A stretch of 64,000 bases of DNA. It comes from Nibricoccus sp. (GTDB lineage Bacteria > Verrucomicrobiota > Verrucomicrobiia > Opitutales > Opitutaceae). Location: NCBI GenBank assembly GCA_047602425.1, contig JASGHG010000001.1, positions 3,840,001 through 3,904,000 on the forward strand, given 5' to 3'. The notes under the pieces are model-generated. The model was given only the letters and a program-made list of their open reading frames with translations, did no database searches and was not told where the DNA came from. A program made the position numbers and the translations under genes. Below, piece after piece: positions 48,877 to 61,344 of the stretch; position 1 is the first letter of the stretch; every line of letters starts with the position of its first letter.

Positions 48877-51201
48877 ATGTCCACCCACGGAATCCATTTC
48901 ATTCAGGATCTGGCCGTCATTCTCATCGCGGCGGGTGTTGTTGGCTGGATCTGCCAACGGCTCGGGTTGTCGGTGGTGGTGGGTTTTCTTGCGGCAGGCA
49001 TTTTGATCGGGCCGAACACGCCTCCATTCGCGTTGGTCGAGGATATTGGTCGGGTGGATACACTGGCGCAGATCGGGCTGGTGTTCCTGATGTTTTCCAT
49101 TGGGTTGAAGTTGAGTCTGCGGCGTCTTCGCGGGCTGGGCTTTTCGCTTTTGCTGGCGGTGGCGAGCGGTGCGGCGATTATTTTTTATACAACGCGGGTG
49201 GCGGGCGCGGTGGTGGGCTTTGGCGGGAAAGAAAGTCTTTTTCTTGCAGCGATGCTGATGGTTTCGTCGTCGTCGATCATCACGAAAGTGCTGCAAGAAG
49301 CCGGCGCAACCCACGAGCGCGCGGGTCAACTCGCGATGGGCGTGACGGTATTGGAAGACGTCGTGGCGGTGGTGATGCTGACTTTGCTCAATTCCGTGGT
49401 GAAGTTTGGCGGTTTGGGCAACGCGCCGATTGGAACGACGTTGGGCTTGTTTGGCGCCTTTGTGGTCCTGGCGAGTGTTGGCGGTTTATTATTGGTGCCT
49501 TGGTTGTTGAGAAAATTGAGCGTATCCATGGGGGACGAATTGCAGACGGTCGCGCTGGCGGGAATGTTGTTCACCCTGGCGGTTGTCGCGCATTGGGCGG
49601 GTTACTCGCTGGCGCTGGGCGCATTTTTGCTGGGCACGATTGTGGCGGAAACGCCGCACTGCACGCAGGTGGAGCGGACCTTCGAGGGCATGCGCGACGT
49701 ATTTACGGCGGTGTTTTTCGTGGCAATTGGTATGGAGATCGACCTGCGCCTATTGGGCCAGGCGATCGGCTGGGTAATCGGCGTTTCGGTTTTCACGCTG
49801 CTGGTTCGGCCCTTGGCGATGGCAGTTGGACTCACCTTAATCGGTAAATCGGTTCGGGAATCGTTGCAGGTCGGTCTTTCGGTGACGCCAATCGGGGAGT
49901 TTTCCTTCGTGATCGCTCAGTTGGGCGTCGGGGCGGCGGTGGTGCCGGGCAAATTTTACCCGCTGGCGGTGGGAGTGTCGCTGGTCACCACGCTGGCGGC
50001 GCCATTGATCACCCGGCACGCGGCCAAAATTAGTGATTGGGTGATAGTTCGTCAGCCGAGGGTATTCGGTCTCTGGCACGCGTATTATCACACCTGGCTG
50101 GAAAAGTTGCAGGCGCGGCAGAAGAGAAATCTGCTCTGGCAACTCAGCAAAAAACGCCTCGTGCAGGTGGGATTGGAGATGTTGTTTGTCACAGGGTTGC
50201 TGGCATTTTCGGAGCAACTCTGGCGGGCCGGAGAAAAATGGCTGGGCAAGGATTGGCTTTTTCCAAACGGACTCGCGATTTTGTTCTGGCTCGCCATGGC
50301 CTTGGTGGTCCTCGCGCCGTTGGTCGCGATCTGGCGAAATCTTTCCGCGCTGTGTCTGCTTTACTCGCAGGTCTCGACCGAGGGGCACGCGGATGCGCGG
50401 CGGATGCGTCCAGTGTTGGACCGGCTGTTTCGTTTTGTGGTGGGCATGAGCCTTTATGTTTGGCTGTCGACGCTGGTTCCGATGGAGGGTCGCGCGAGTT
50501 GGATCATTATCGGGAGCGGTGCGGTGGCTCTGGGGGCTTTGTTTTTCTTCCAACGCAAACTTGTGTACTGGCACAGCGAACTGGAGATCGGATTGCAGGA
50601 GGTCTTCAATAAAAACGAACACCTTGCGACCGATCTGAACGCGCCATGGCTCCGCCCGCATGGCGATTGGAATTTGAGCGTGATCGACTGCGTTTTGCCG
50701 GACCTTGCGGATGCGCAGGGGCGGCGCATTGCAGATCTGGATTTGCGCGCGCGTTTCGGTTGCACGGTGGTGGGCGTGGTTCGGCAGGGCTTTCTGATTT
50801 CGCTTCCGACGCCCGAAACCGTGCTCTATCCGCGGGACAAAGTCTTGCTGCTGGGAACGGCCCAGCAGGTGGAGGCGGCGCAAAAATTTCTTCGAGCTGT
50901 TTCTGGATCGTTGCCGGCTGCCACCGAGTTCGAGGACGTGCGGATGGAATCGATGTTGGTGCCGACGGGAAGCCCAGCATCGGGGCAGAGTCTCAAAACG
51001 CTTTCACCGGCACAAAAACACGGCGTGCAGATTGCCGGTATTCGCCGTGGCACTACGCGTCTACTCAGTCCGGCAGGCGAGGAGGTGATTGGGGCGGGCG
51101 ATGAACTGCTCGTCTTGGGCTTGCCCGATCGGATCCACGATTTTCGCGACTGGTTGCAAGAGCGATCGCAAAAGGACGCGACAAGCTCGGAGCGACAATA
51201 A
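48877..51201 (+). CDS. CPA2 cation:proton antiporter with TrkA-C/RCK domains
   Basis: LMFSIGL, SSS.II.K, LED, LGAFL.G, FFVAIG, GEFSFV; two C-terminal RCK_C repeats. Confidence 0.9.
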   Translation: MSTHGIHFIQDLAVILIAAGVVGWICQRLGLSVVVGFLAAGILIGPNTPPFALVEDIGRVDTLAQIGLVFLMFSIGLKLSLRRLRGLGFSLLLAVASGAAIIFYTTRVAGAVVGFGGKESLFLAAMLMVSSSSIITKVLQEAGATHERAGQLAMGVTVLEDVVAVVMLTLLNSVVKFGGLGNAPIGTTLGLFGAFVVLASVGGLLLVPWLLRKLSVSMGDELQTVALAGMLFTLAVVAHWAGYSLALGAFLLGTIVAETPHCTQVERTFEGMRDVFTAVFFVAIGMEIDLRLLGQAIGWVIGVSVFTLLVRPLAMAVGLTLIGKSVRESLQVGLSVTPIGEFSFVIAQLGVGAAVVPGKFYPLAVGVSLVTTLAAPLITRHAAKISDWVIVRQPRVFGLWHAYYHTWLEKLQARQKRNLLWQLSKKRLVQVGLEMLFVTGLLAFSEQLWRAGEKWLGKDWLFPNGLAILFWLAMALVVLAPLVAIWRNLSALCLLYSQVSTEGHADARRMRPVLDRLFRFVVGMSLYVWLSTLVPMEGRASWIIIGSGAVALGALFFFQRKLVYWHSELEIGLQEVFNKNEHLATDLNAPWLRPHGDWNLSVIDCVLPDLADAQGRRIADLDLRARFGCTVVGVVRQGFLISLPTPETVLYPRDKVLLLGTAQQVEAAQKFLRAVSGSLPAATEFEDVRMESMLVPTGSPASGQSLKTLSPAQKHGVQIAGIRRGTTRLLSPAGEEVIGAGDELLVLGLPDRIHDFRDWLQERSQKDATSSERQ

Positions 51202-51252
51202 AAAAGCGCGCTGTTCAGGCGCGCCTTGAAACTAAGTATGTTTTAAGAACGA

Positions 51253-51495
51253 TTAGTTCTTGCCGTCGGTTTTTGGCGAAGCGGCGGGGGCTGCTGGTTT
51301 GGCATCCGCGGATTTTTCGAGCTCGTCGTCCTTCTGCGCCTTTTTGAACTCCTTGATCGACTGGCCAAGTCCTCGAGCGAGGCTGGGAAGTTTGGCGCCG
51401 CCGAAGAGCAGAACGATGATGAGCAGAATGACAATCAGTTCGGTGCCACCGAGGCCAAAAATGCCTGCGAGAGGTGTTGAAGGGAGGCTGTTCAT
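51253..51495 (-). CDS. tatA: Twin-arginine translocase TatA
   Basis: [28 protein letters not shown]. Confidence 0.93.
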   Translation of the reverse strand: MNSLPSTPLAGIFGLGGTELIVILLIIVLLFGGAKLPSLARGLGQSIKEFKKAQKDDELEKSADAKPAAPAASPKTDGKN

Positions 51496-51562
51496 GTTTA
51501 GGCGAAACTATGCCGTGAGGGCGGTTGAGTAAAGGCGCTAAATGATTTTATCGGTCGTACCG

Positions 51563-53380
<1,818 letters not shown>

Positions 53381-53403
53381 GATGTTGGAAAAATGGGAAA
53401 AAG

Positions 53404-55281
53404 TCAGACAGCCACGGGCAACCCGAAGGGCGCACGAAGCTGTCGTTGTATATCGGTACGTTCCTTTATTAGAGAAATTACGTCGACGTTACTGTCCGCA
53501 CCGTGGGTGGCCAAAGCAAGTTCTATTTGACGTAAACGCGGCTGCAGCGTGCGGTCGCGCAGCTTGCGCAAACCTTCGTTTGCCACCTTTACCGGTTCGT
53601 CAATTTGCGGAATGTCAAAGAGTAACGACGAAACGAGGTTCTTTTCTTCGGCGGATTCGAGCAGACTGTCGAGATGATCGCGACCGGGCCAGGCGTCGTG
53701 TTCGAATTCGTTGAGAAAACGGTTTAAAAGTGCTCCCGACATGTGAGACGTATCGAGCCATTCGAGCGGCACGGTTTGGGCGATGGGTTTGCCGAGAGCC
53801 TCAAAATGCAGACAGAGCAGTAAGAGGTCGCGCTCGATGGTGTGGGTGGACGCCGTTTCAACTGCGGGCGCCAAGACCGGGATGATTTGCGTCGCAGGTG
53901 GCGGGGCGGGGCGGGCGGCCGCGTGGCGGTCGAGGCGGGCGCGGAATTTTTCGAAATCGCCTCGCACGGCGGGAAGCGGCAAGCGGAACACGCTGGCGAC
54001 TTCGCTGAGAAACTCGGCGCGGGCGACTTCCGATTCGGCGGCGGCGATGATTTCGAAAAGCGATTGGGCAGCGCGGGCTTTTTGTTCGCCCGAAGCCTGT
54101 TCGGGCGCAGGGAGAATGCTGCGGCAGGCAAACGTCATCGCGCTGAGAGCGCCGTGCTGCAGTTCCTTGTACGCAGCCAAACCGCGTTCAAGGAACAAAA
54201 GATCCGGATCGATCTTCGACGTGCCGGCGAGCGAGAGGAAACGGATCTCGAGGCCGGCCTTGAGCGCCATGGGCAGGAAGCGCAGCGCGGCTTTTTGCCC
54301 GGCGCTGTCACTATCGAAGAAACATTCGACCTGCGGATGATAACGGCGAAGGAGGACGAGTTGCGAATCGGTGATCGACGTGCCTTGCGGAGCGATGGCG
54401 GTTTTTAGTCCAACGTGCCAGCAGCGCATCGCATCGAGCTGGCCTTCGACCATGACGAACGGATGATTATCGCCAACGGCGGTGCGCGCGCGGTCGAGGT
54501 TGAAGAGCAAATTCCCTTTCGTGAAAATTGGCGTCTCGGGAGAATTGACGTATTTGGCTTCGCGAGCGGGATCGTCGGCCGGCGTGAGATCGGTCTGACG
54601 CGCGGTGAAAGCGACGACGCGGCTCTGGTGATCGCGAATCGGAATCATCAGGCGGCCTCGGAAACGCGGTTTGAGCGAGCCGAGCGCCAAGAGCGAACCT
54701 TCGCGCAGGAAAAAAAGGCCGCATTGGCGCAGAGCGTCCTCGGAAAATTTTTTCTTCAACAAAAGCGCGGCGAGGGTGTTGTCGGCAGGATCGGCCGCGC
54801 CGACTTTGTATTCTTCGCCGAGTTCGGCGGGAAAACGGCGTTTTTCCTTCCAATAGGTGCGCATGAAATCGCCCGTCGGACTGTTGGCTTTGAAAAGCTG
54901 GTGGAAATGCTCGGTCGCGAGTTCGTGGATTTCGAAAATTTCCTGACGCAGCGAACGCTCCTCGCGTGAAGGGCCGGCGCCTTCTTCGTATTCGATCGTG
55001 ACTCCGAAACGTTGGCCGAGCGCCTCGACGGCCTCGGTGAAGTTGAGTTGTTCCGTCTCGCGAACGAACGAAATGATATCGCCGGCCTTGCCGCAGCCGA
55101 AGCACTTGTAGAAACCCTTGTCAGGATCGACGTGGAAAGAAGGGCTTTTCTCTTGGTGAAACGGGCAAAGCCCTTTGAAACGCGCGCCAGCTTTTCGCAA
55201 CGTCGCCACCCGCGAAATGACGTCGACGATGTTCACGCGAAGTTTGAGATCGCGGACGCAGGTGGGCTTGATGGCGGGCAT
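53404..55281 (-). CDS. dnaG: DNA primase
   Basis: [15 protein letters not shown] zinc finger, [24 protein letters not shown]. Confidence 0.97.
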   Translation of the reverse strand: MPAIKPTCVRDLKLRVNIVDVISRVATLRKAGARFKGLCPFHQEKSPSFHVDPDKGFYKCFGCGKAGDIISFVRETEQLNFTEAVEALGQRFGVTIEYEEGAGPSREERSLRQEIFEIHELATEHFHQLFKANSPTGDFMRTYWKEKRRFPAELGEEYKVGAADPADNTLAALLLKKKFSEDALRQCGLFFLREGSLLALGSLKPRFRGRLMIPIRDHQSRVVAFTARQTDLTPADDPAREAKYVNSPETPIFTKGNLLFNLDRARTAVGDNHPFVMVEGQLDAMRCWHVGLKTAIAPQGTSITDSQLVLLRRYHPQVECFFDSDSAGQKAALRFLPMALKAGLEIRFLSLAGTSKIDPDLLFLERGLAAYKELQHGALSAMTFACRSILPAPEQASGEQKARAAQSLFEIIAAAESEVARAEFLSEVASVFRLPLPAVRGDFEKFRARLDRHAAARPAPPPATQIIPVLAPAVETASTHTIERDLLLLCLHFEALGKPIAQTVPLEWLDTSHMSGALLNRFLNEFEHDAWPGRDHLDSLLESAEEKNLVSSLLFDIPQIDEPVKVANEGLRKLRDRTLQPRLRQIELALATHGADSNVDVISLIKERTDIQRQLRAPFGLPVAV

Positions 55282-55411
55282 GAGCGTGGTTTGGCGCACG
55301 GGTATGGACAGGCCCGGCGAAAAGAAGTTTGCACTTTTAACCGCACGCCGGGTCTGTCAAGAACTGCCCTTCGTAGGAAACAATCTGTTGTTTTCGGCGA
55401 CTCACTTTAAC

Positions 55412-56488
55412 ATGTCTTTTTTCAAAACCTCCCGCTTCGCCTTCCTAAGCGCGATCTGCCTGCTGTTGCCCTTCGTCGCTGCAGCCGCTCCGACCGCCAC
55501 TACTACTTCGGCTCCCGCCGCTCCAACCCAGCCCGCGGCGCCTCAACCGATTTGGGAGGCATCGCTCGCGCATTTCGACGATGGCGCATATGCCGCTCAA
55601 GTGGAGTTGCTGCTGACCAAATTTGAAAACTCCAGCGGCCGAAAAATCGCTCCGGGCGCGAAGAAAAAAGTAGGGTTGAAAATCTATTCTGACTCTGGCG
55701 CCGGGCTCGCCACGCCCGTGCCGCTCGTGAAGGCCGTAATTTCCGCCCTCGAACGCCGTGGTTTCAAGAAAGAGGATATCTTCCTCGTCGGTCTCAATCA
55801 GTTGCGCCTTCGCATGACGGGTTATTTGCCCTCGCTGGTGACGGGAGAGACGCCTTTCAAAGGTCACAAGGTCTACGTGCTCGAATCGGGCAAGTACTAC
55901 GATCCGGTGTGGTTCTACGACAGTCCGTTGCCCGAACGTTTCGACCCGATTTTTGCGCAGAAGAGCGTCGAAGGCGTCGATGCCAACACCACCGTCGACC
56001 AGGACCGCAAGAGTTTCCTCGCCACGCCGCTTTTCCTCGACGCGGATTTTTGGATAAACCTGCCGGTTTACACCGACCATCCGACCCTCGGAATCAACGG
56101 CGCGCTCGTCAACGCCACGCTCTGGAACGCCAGCAATACCGCGCGTTTCTTCCGCAGCGCGTCCAACGCCCCTGCCGCCGTCGCGGAAATGAGCGCGATT
56201 CCCGAACTGCGCCAAACATGGATCTTCACCATCGCGAGCCTCGAGCGTTACCAATACATCGGCGGTCCCTACTTCAACTCGTTGTACACGCTTTCTGAGC
56301 CGAAAATCTGGCTCAGCACCGATCCTGTCGCTCTCGACTCGATCATGCTCGAGCGGATCAACCAAGCTCGCAAAGAAAACGGTTTCCGCGATGTCTCGGA
56401 AGAAATCCGCACGATCGACTTTGCCGAACAGCTCGGCGTCGGCTCACAGAAGAAGATCTCCTCACGCATCATCCGCGTGGGTGAGTGA
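55412..56488 (+). CDS. Exported DUF362-like protein
   Basis: Signal peptide; KVGLK, D..INLP..H...GA..N, STDPVALD. Confidence 0.65.
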   Translation: MSFFKTSRFAFLSAICLLLPFVAAAAPTATTTSAPAAPTQPAAPQPIWEASLAHFDDGAYAAQVELLLTKFENSSGRKIAPGAKKKVGLKIYSDSGAGLATPVPLVKAVISALERRGFKKEDIFLVGLNQLRLRMTGYLPSLVTGETPFKGHKVYVLESGKYYDPVWFYDSPLPERFDPIFAQKSVEGVDANTTVDQDRKSFLATPLFLDADFWINLPVYTDHPTLGINGALVNATLWNASNTARFFRSASNAPAAVAEMSAIPELRQTWIFTIASLERYQYIGGPYFNSLYTLSEPKIWLSTDPVALDSIMLERINQARKENGFRDVSEEIRTIDFAEQLGVGSQKKISSRIIRVGE

Positions 56489-56560
56489 AATTTTTCTAGC
56501 CGCCCAAAATGTAAAAATGCCCTTGTCTCCGCCAGGGAGTTGCGTCCTTTTCTAATCGTG

Positions 56561-56935
56561 ATGTCCAACGCTCCTTATTTGCCGATTTTGATCCAGGCTT
56601 TGCTTGCCGCGGTCATCGCCGGCACGGTCATTGGTGCGAGCCATTTCTTCGGCCAGCGCTCCAGGAAAAACGCGATCAAGGATTCCGCTTATGAATGCGG
56701 CATCCAATCGGAAGGCGCTCCGCACACGCGCTTCTCGGTGAAGTTTTATCTCACCGCGATGCTCTTCATCATTTTCGACATTGAAGTCGTCTTCCTGATT
56801 CCCTGGACCTTTGTCTACCGGGAATTTCTCTCGCAACACATCGCGATTCTCGGCCCGATCCTCTTTTTCCTCGGCGTGCTCGTGCTCGGGCTCGTCTACG
56901 AAGTGAAAAAAGGCGCGCTCGATTGGGAAAAATAA
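56561..56935 (+). CDS. nuoA: NADH-quinone oxidoreductase subunit A
   Basis: YECG, FY..AMLFIIFDIE..FL.PW, YE.KKGALDW. Confidence 0.93.
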   Translation: MSNAPYLPILIQALLAAVIAGTVIGASHFFGQRSRKNAIKDSAYECGIQSEGAPHTRFSVKFYLTAMLFIIFDIEVVFLIPWTFVYREFLSQHIAILGPILFFLGVLVLGLVYEVKKGALDWEK

Positions 56936-56956
56936 TCCGCCCGAAGACCCACCATC

Positions 56957-58309
56957 ATGCGGCTCGAAAAAATCATCGCTCGCAGTCGCATCATTGACCT
57001 GCGCAGCGCTGATATGAAGGGCGCATTGCAGGAGCTGCTCGAAGTTTCCGTCAACCGTTTCCCAGATCTAAAACAGGACGTGCTGCTGAAGGGCCTGCTT
57101 CAGCGCGAGAGCACGATGACGACTTATCTCGGCCTCGGCGTCGCGTTGCCGCACGTGCGGGCCAAGATCGGCCGTCGCTACGTGCTCGCCATTGGTCGCA
57201 GCCGCTCCGGCATCCGCCACGACGGCGCGAAGGACGAACCGATTCACCTGATCATGATGCTCCTCGCCGACGAAAAGGCGCGGGATTACCTACAGGTGCT
57301 TGCCTCTGTCGCCCGGTTAGTGAAGGAAGCCGACCTCGTCAAAAGTTTCATCGAGGCCCCGACCGTCGACGATTTATACGACCGGATTTTCGCGGGCTTT
57401 GGCGGCATTCTCTCGCGTCCGGTGCAGGCCCAGCAAAACCGGATCAATCGCATGATGATTCGCGAAGCCCAGCGTGTGGCCGAAGGCGCCTCCTGCGGGG
57501 CAATCATGGTTTTTGGCGATACCTTCGTGGGCGGGCTCGATTTCGACAATTGGTTTTCGAAGAACAAAGCGATCCTCGTCAGTCGCAACCTCATCGAGAC
57601 GAGCGACGAGAAAAACGACTTCGCCGAGCGCATTCAGGTGCGGTCTTTTTCCAATCAACGCCTGGCTCAGCTGCGCAGCGCGATGCTGGTGGCGCTGACG
57701 CGCGGCATCATCACCTTCAACGACCGCGTCTGCTGTCTCGGCGGTGTGGTCGGTAGCAACCAGTTCGACACACTGGTCGTGGTCGACGTGGAACGCGAGT
57801 TCCAGCGCTTGATGACGGGCCGCAACGACCTGCTGCCTGAGGATGTGAAACCCGAGGTCCTGGAGCGTGTGATCGCCGTGGCCACTGAGCTTGCAGTCGA
57901 AGGCCGCGAGGGCCGGCCGGTGGGTTGCCTCTTTGTCGTGGGCGACACCGCGCTGGTCGAAAAACTGACCAAACCGCTCGTGTTGAATCCGTTCTTTGGA
58001 TACAAGGAAGAGGATCGCAACATTCTCAATCCCTTCATGGACGAAACGGTGAAGGAGTTTTCGTCGATTGACGGAGCATTCGTGATTCGTGGCGATGGCG
58101 TGGTGTTGTCCGCCGGCAGCCTCATTCAGGCGACGGACAGCGAGCATACCCTGCCCAGCGGCTTGGGTAGCCGGCACGCGGCCGCGGCGGCGATCTCGGT
58201 TACGGCCGATTGCATCGCGTTGGTCGTTTCTTCGAGCACAGGACAGGTCACACTGTTCCGGCGCGGGGTCATGTTGCCGTTGACTGACAAGAAGATGGCA
58301 TCTTCCTAA
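56957..58309 (+). CDS. PTS EIIA domain-diadenylate cyclase (DisA_N, DacZ-like) fusion
   Basis: RE...TT.LG.GVALPH (EIIA phospho-His); EGREG.PVG.LF, SIDGAF, GLGSRHAAA, SSSTG. Confidence 0.85.
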   Translation: MRLEKIIARSRIIDLRSADMKGALQELLEVSVNRFPDLKQDVLLKGLLQRESTMTTYLGLGVALPHVRAKIGRRYVLAIGRSRSGIRHDGAKDEPIHLIMMLLADEKARDYLQVLASVARLVKEADLVKSFIEAPTVDDLYDRIFAGFGGILSRPVQAQQNRINRMMIREAQRVAEGASCGAIMVFGDTFVGGLDFDNWFSKNKAILVSRNLIETSDEKNDFAERIQVRSFSNQRLAQLRSAMLVALTRGIITFNDRVCCLGGVVGSNQFDTLVVVDVEREFQRLMTGRNDLLPEDVKPEVLERVIAVATELAVEGREGRPVGCLFVVGDTALVEKLTKPLVLNPFFGYKEEDRNILNPFMDETVKEFSSIDGAFVIRGDGVVLSAGSLIQATDSEHTLPSGLGSRHAAAAAISVTADCIALVVSSSTGQVTLFRRGVMLPLTDKKMASS

Positions 58310-58371
58310 AATTTAGGTTGCAGAGGGCAGGGCGGGTCCGTTTCTTCTGACCCCTTAAACAATTTAAACCT

Positions 58372-58536
58372 ATGCAAGAAGTCGTCACCCTGGAATGCAC
58401 CGAAGCCAAAAAGGAAGGTAAGCCCGTTTCCCGCTACCTCACCAAGCGCAACAAGAAGACCGTCACCGAGCGCATCGAGAAGAAGAAGTACAATCCGTAC
58501 CTCAAGCGCCACACGGTCCACAAAGAGATCAAATAA
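58372..58536 (+). CDS. rpmG: 50S ribosomal protein L33
   Basis: Manual translation [43 protein letters not shown] (not in the ORF track). Confidence 0.95.
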   Translation: MQEVVTLECTEAKKEGKPVSRYLTKRNKKTVTERIEKKKYNPYLKRHTVHKEIK

Positions 58537-58576
58537 GCTTCGGTCGCGGCTTCGTGTGAAGCCACCGCCAATTTTC

Positions 58577-58608
58577 AAAGCCTGCCGTTAAAACGGCGGG
58601 CTTTTTTT
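58577..58608 (+). terminator. Intrinsic terminator after rpmG
   Basis: AAAGCCTGCCGTT-A-AAACGGCGGGCTTT followed by a T run. Confidence 0.8.
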
Positions 58609-58643
58609 GTTGGCCCAAATCGCGGCGGCGGCGGTGAGATCGG

Positions 58644-58719
58644 AGGTGGAGCGCATTGACCTCAATGCGTTGGTTCGGGCAACGTTGGCAGAATGCGTCA
58701 AGGTCAACGCGCTTCACCT
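58644..58719. repeat. REP doublet (REPIN-like)
   Basis: AGGTGGAGCGCATTGACCTCAATGCGTT and inverted AGGTGAAGCGCGTTGACCTTGACGCATT. Confidence 0.7.
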
Positions 58720-58737
58720 GTCGTTGGGGTACGTGCA

Positions 58738-58769
58738 CAAAAAAGCCCCGGATCGCTCTGGGGCTTTTG
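58738..58769 (-). terminator. Terminator after pal
   Basis: AAAAGCCCCGG-ATCGC-TCTGGGGCTTTT. Confidence 0.75.
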
Positions 58770-58791
58770 TATTGAAAATTTGGAGACTGTA

Positions 58792-59337
58792 TTACGGCTT
58801 CACGACTACGAGCTGGCCGCGACGGTCCTTGGCCATTTCGTCTGACGTACCCTTTTCTTTGGCCTCAAGACTGCCTTTGGAAATGGTCTCAACTTTGTCC
58901 TGAGCGACGCCGATCTTGATCAGGTAGGCTTTGCAGGCATTCGCGCGACGATCGCCGAGGCCGAGATTATATTCGGCAGTGCCGCGCCAATCGGCATGAC
59001 CTTCGATCAAGAGGCGTTGGTCGGGATTCTTTTCGAGGTATTCCTTCGCGGCCTGCAGTTTGGCGCGTTCGCTTTCCTTGATGCTCGACTTGTCGAAATC
59101 GAAGTAAACGGGCTGCAGCAAGTCGTAGTTTTTGTTGCCATTCCAACCCGCTTCATCACGTCCTTTGAGCGGAGAATTCGGATCGGTTGTGAAATTCTCA
59201 TTGCCATTGTTGGGCAGGCCTGAGCCTCCGCCAACAACGGTTTGGTCGACGGTCGGGCGTTGGGGCTTCTTAAAGCAGCCGGTGAAAACCACCAGCGTGC
59301 AGGCAAGGACGAGGCAAAGTTTCTTGGAGAGGTTCAT
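58792..59337 (-). CDS. pal: Peptidoglycan-associated lipoprotein (OmpA_C family)
   Basis: Lipobox FTGC; VYFDFD, IEGHAD.RGT.EYN..LG.RRA, TISKG, DRR. Confidence 0.85.
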   Translation of the reverse strand: MNLSKKLCLVLACTLVVFTGCFKKPQRPTVDQTVVGGGSGLPNNGNENFTTDPNSPLKGRDEAGWNGNKNYDLLQPVYFDFDKSSIKESERAKLQAAKEYLEKNPDQRLLIEGHADWRGTAEYNLGLGDRRANACKAYLIKIGVAQDKVETISKGSLEAKEKGTSDEMAKDRRGQLVVVKP

Positions 59338-59406
59338 GAGAAATGTGTCAGTAGGTTGACCTTATTGAGCAATGGGTTTGGGTCGGCAAGTCATTTATCC
59401 AGTCAA

Positions 59407-60291
59407 ATGGACGCCAAAAGCTCCGCAACGTTCCCAATCTGCTTTCTCTTCGACAATGGTTCGCTGAGGCCGACGGCTACATTGAGCTTGCGCAAGACAG
59501 CGGCGGAATTGGCGACGGTGCTCGGAACCGAGGTTCGCCCGGTGTCGTTGTTGCATTCCAGCGCGATCGATCCCGCGAGGTTGGGGGGGCAGCCCGCTTT
59601 GCTGCTGGAGCCGGCCTTGAATGCTTTTTTGGAAACGAACCCATCGGCAGAGGCAGTGATTTTGCCTTTGTTTTTTGGACCGAGCGGTGCGTTGACCGAT
59701 TATGTGCCGGAGCGACTGGCGACACTGGCGAAAAAATTTCCCGAGGCGCGATTGCGTCTGGCGCGTTGGCTGGTCGATGTGAGCGAGCCGGATACGCGCA
59801 TCGCCGAGGCGCTGGAATTCGCGGTACGACAGGTTGTGGCGGAGAAGCGACTCTGGAAGCCGCAAGTCGTATTGGTCGATCACGGCAGCCCGCAGCGCGG
59901 TGTAACCGAGGTCCGTGATTTCCTCGGGCGACAACTCGCGAATTTGCTTGGCGATGCTGTCGAGGCCGTTTCGGTAGCCTCAATGGAAAAACGTCCCAGG
60001 CCGGAATACGCCTTTAACGATCCTTTGCTTGAGGCCCGTCTGCGCACACCGCCGTTTGATCGCGGCGACGTGATTGTGGCGTTGCAATTTCTTTCACCCG
60101 GTCGTCATGCCGGGCCGGACGGCGACGTGTCTATGATTTGTGCTGAGGCGCGCAAAGGCCAGCCGCTCTTGCGCACGCATTTGACCGCGACCATCGCGAA
60201 CGATCCCCGCGTGATTGCCGTCGCTGCGGTCCGCTACCGCGAAGTGGTCGATGCCACTTTGACCTGCTCGCGCACGGCCCCGTCCAGCTAA
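59407..60291 (+). CDS. CbiX/SirB-like chelatase-fold protein
   Basis: DNGSLRP, P.FFG, LVDHGSP, FLSPGRHAG. Confidence 0.75.
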   Translation: MDAKSSATFPICFLFDNGSLRPTATLSLRKTAAELATVLGTEVRPVSLLHSSAIDPARLGGQPALLLEPALNAFLETNPSAEAVILPLFFGPSGALTDYVPERLATLAKKFPEARLRLARWLVDVSEPDTRIAEALEFAVRQVVAEKRLWKPQVVLVDHGSPQRGVTEVRDFLGRQLANLLGDAVEAVSVASMEKRPRPEYAFNDPLLEARLRTPPFDRGDVIVALQFLSPGRHAGPDGDVSMICAEARKGQPLLRTHLTATIANDPRVIAVAAVRYREVVDATLTCSRTAPSS

Positions 60292-60394
60292 CGGGACGCA
60301 GAGGGCTAAGAGGGCGAACTTGACGCCGACTAACGTTTTTTCCGGACAAATCAGTCCGCACATTCCCGTAGTTCTATTTTAGATGGCGAAAACA

Positions 60395-60496
60395 GTTATG
60401 TCATCCATTAGATGACATAACATAATCCCAAGACCAAAAACCACAACGACAGAAAATTGAGGGGCTCTGAATATTTGTAATCTATTAGATGACAAA
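60395..60496. repeat. Two palindromes TGTMATC-YATTA-GATGACA
   Basis: 60395-60421 perfect 11-bp arms; 60474-60496 9-bp arms with one mismatch. Confidence 0.75.
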
Positions 60497-60531
60497 CATG
60501 CTGGGTGATCGAGTACGGGAAATTTGGCGTT

Positions 60532-61179
60532 TTAGGCCATTTTCTTTGGTTCGATCAGGCCGACCTCGAGGGCGTAGCGGGTGAGGCTGGCGACGTCGTG
60601 GAGGTTAAGCTTGCGCATCAGATTGGTGCGGTGGTTGTCCACCGTCTTGACGCTGATGCCGAGCTTGGAGGCGATTTCCTTGGTGCTGTGGCTCTCGGCC
60701 ACGAGTTGGAGGATTTCGCGTTCGCGGTCGGTGAGAAAATCGGCGGTGTTGCTGGCTTGGGGATTGGCGACGACGTTGCGCAGCAGAGCGGCGACGGCCG
60801 GGCCAAAGTAGGTGCCACCGTTCGAGACGGTTTCGAGGCCTTTCTTAAACTCGATAAGGCCGGCGGTTTTTTCGACAAAACCATGGGCGCCGGCTTCCAG
60901 CATTTCGCGGACGAGCACGGGATTTTCGTGTCCTGAAAAAACCAATACACGCAGATTTTTAAATTGTTTGCCGAGGCGGCGGAGCAAATCGACGCCATTG
61001 AGCCCGGGGAGTTTCGCATCGAGCACGATCACGTCGGGTTTGGTCTCAAGACAAAGGTTGTAGGCGCTTTGGCCATCGCCACTCTCGCCCACGAGAAGGT
61101 AGTTGGGGTCGGCGCGGAGGATTTCCACCAACATTTCGCGGATTGCGGTTTGATCTTCGATGATGACGAGTCGTTTCAT
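60532..61179 (-). CDS. NarL/LuxR family response regulator (orphan)
   Basis: IEDQ, VLD..LPG.NG, GAHGFVEK, LTDREREIL..IASKLGISVKTVDNHR. Confidence 0.93.
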   Translation of the reverse strand: MKRLVIIEDQTAIREMLVEILRADPNYLLVGESGDGQSAYNLCLETKPDVIVLDAKLPGLNGVDLLRRLGKQFKNLRVLVFSGHENPVLVREMLEAGAHGFVEKTAGLIEFKKGLETVSNGGTYFGPAVAALLRNVVANPQASNTADFLTDREREILQLVAESHSTKEIASKLGISVKTVDNHRTNLMRKLNLHDVASLTRYALEVGLIEPKKMA

Positions 61180-61344
61180 AGGGGAGGTTGCGTGCGGAGA
61201 CCGGTTCCCAAAGACTTCGGCGGAAACACCCCAGAATTTTAGTGAAAACTCATTCAACTGCGGGACTTAAAAGAAATTTACAAAAAATTAGCACCCCGAG
61301 CTTCATCTCGCCTTCTTTTGTTCCGTAGCTTAAGCGTGAAGTCC

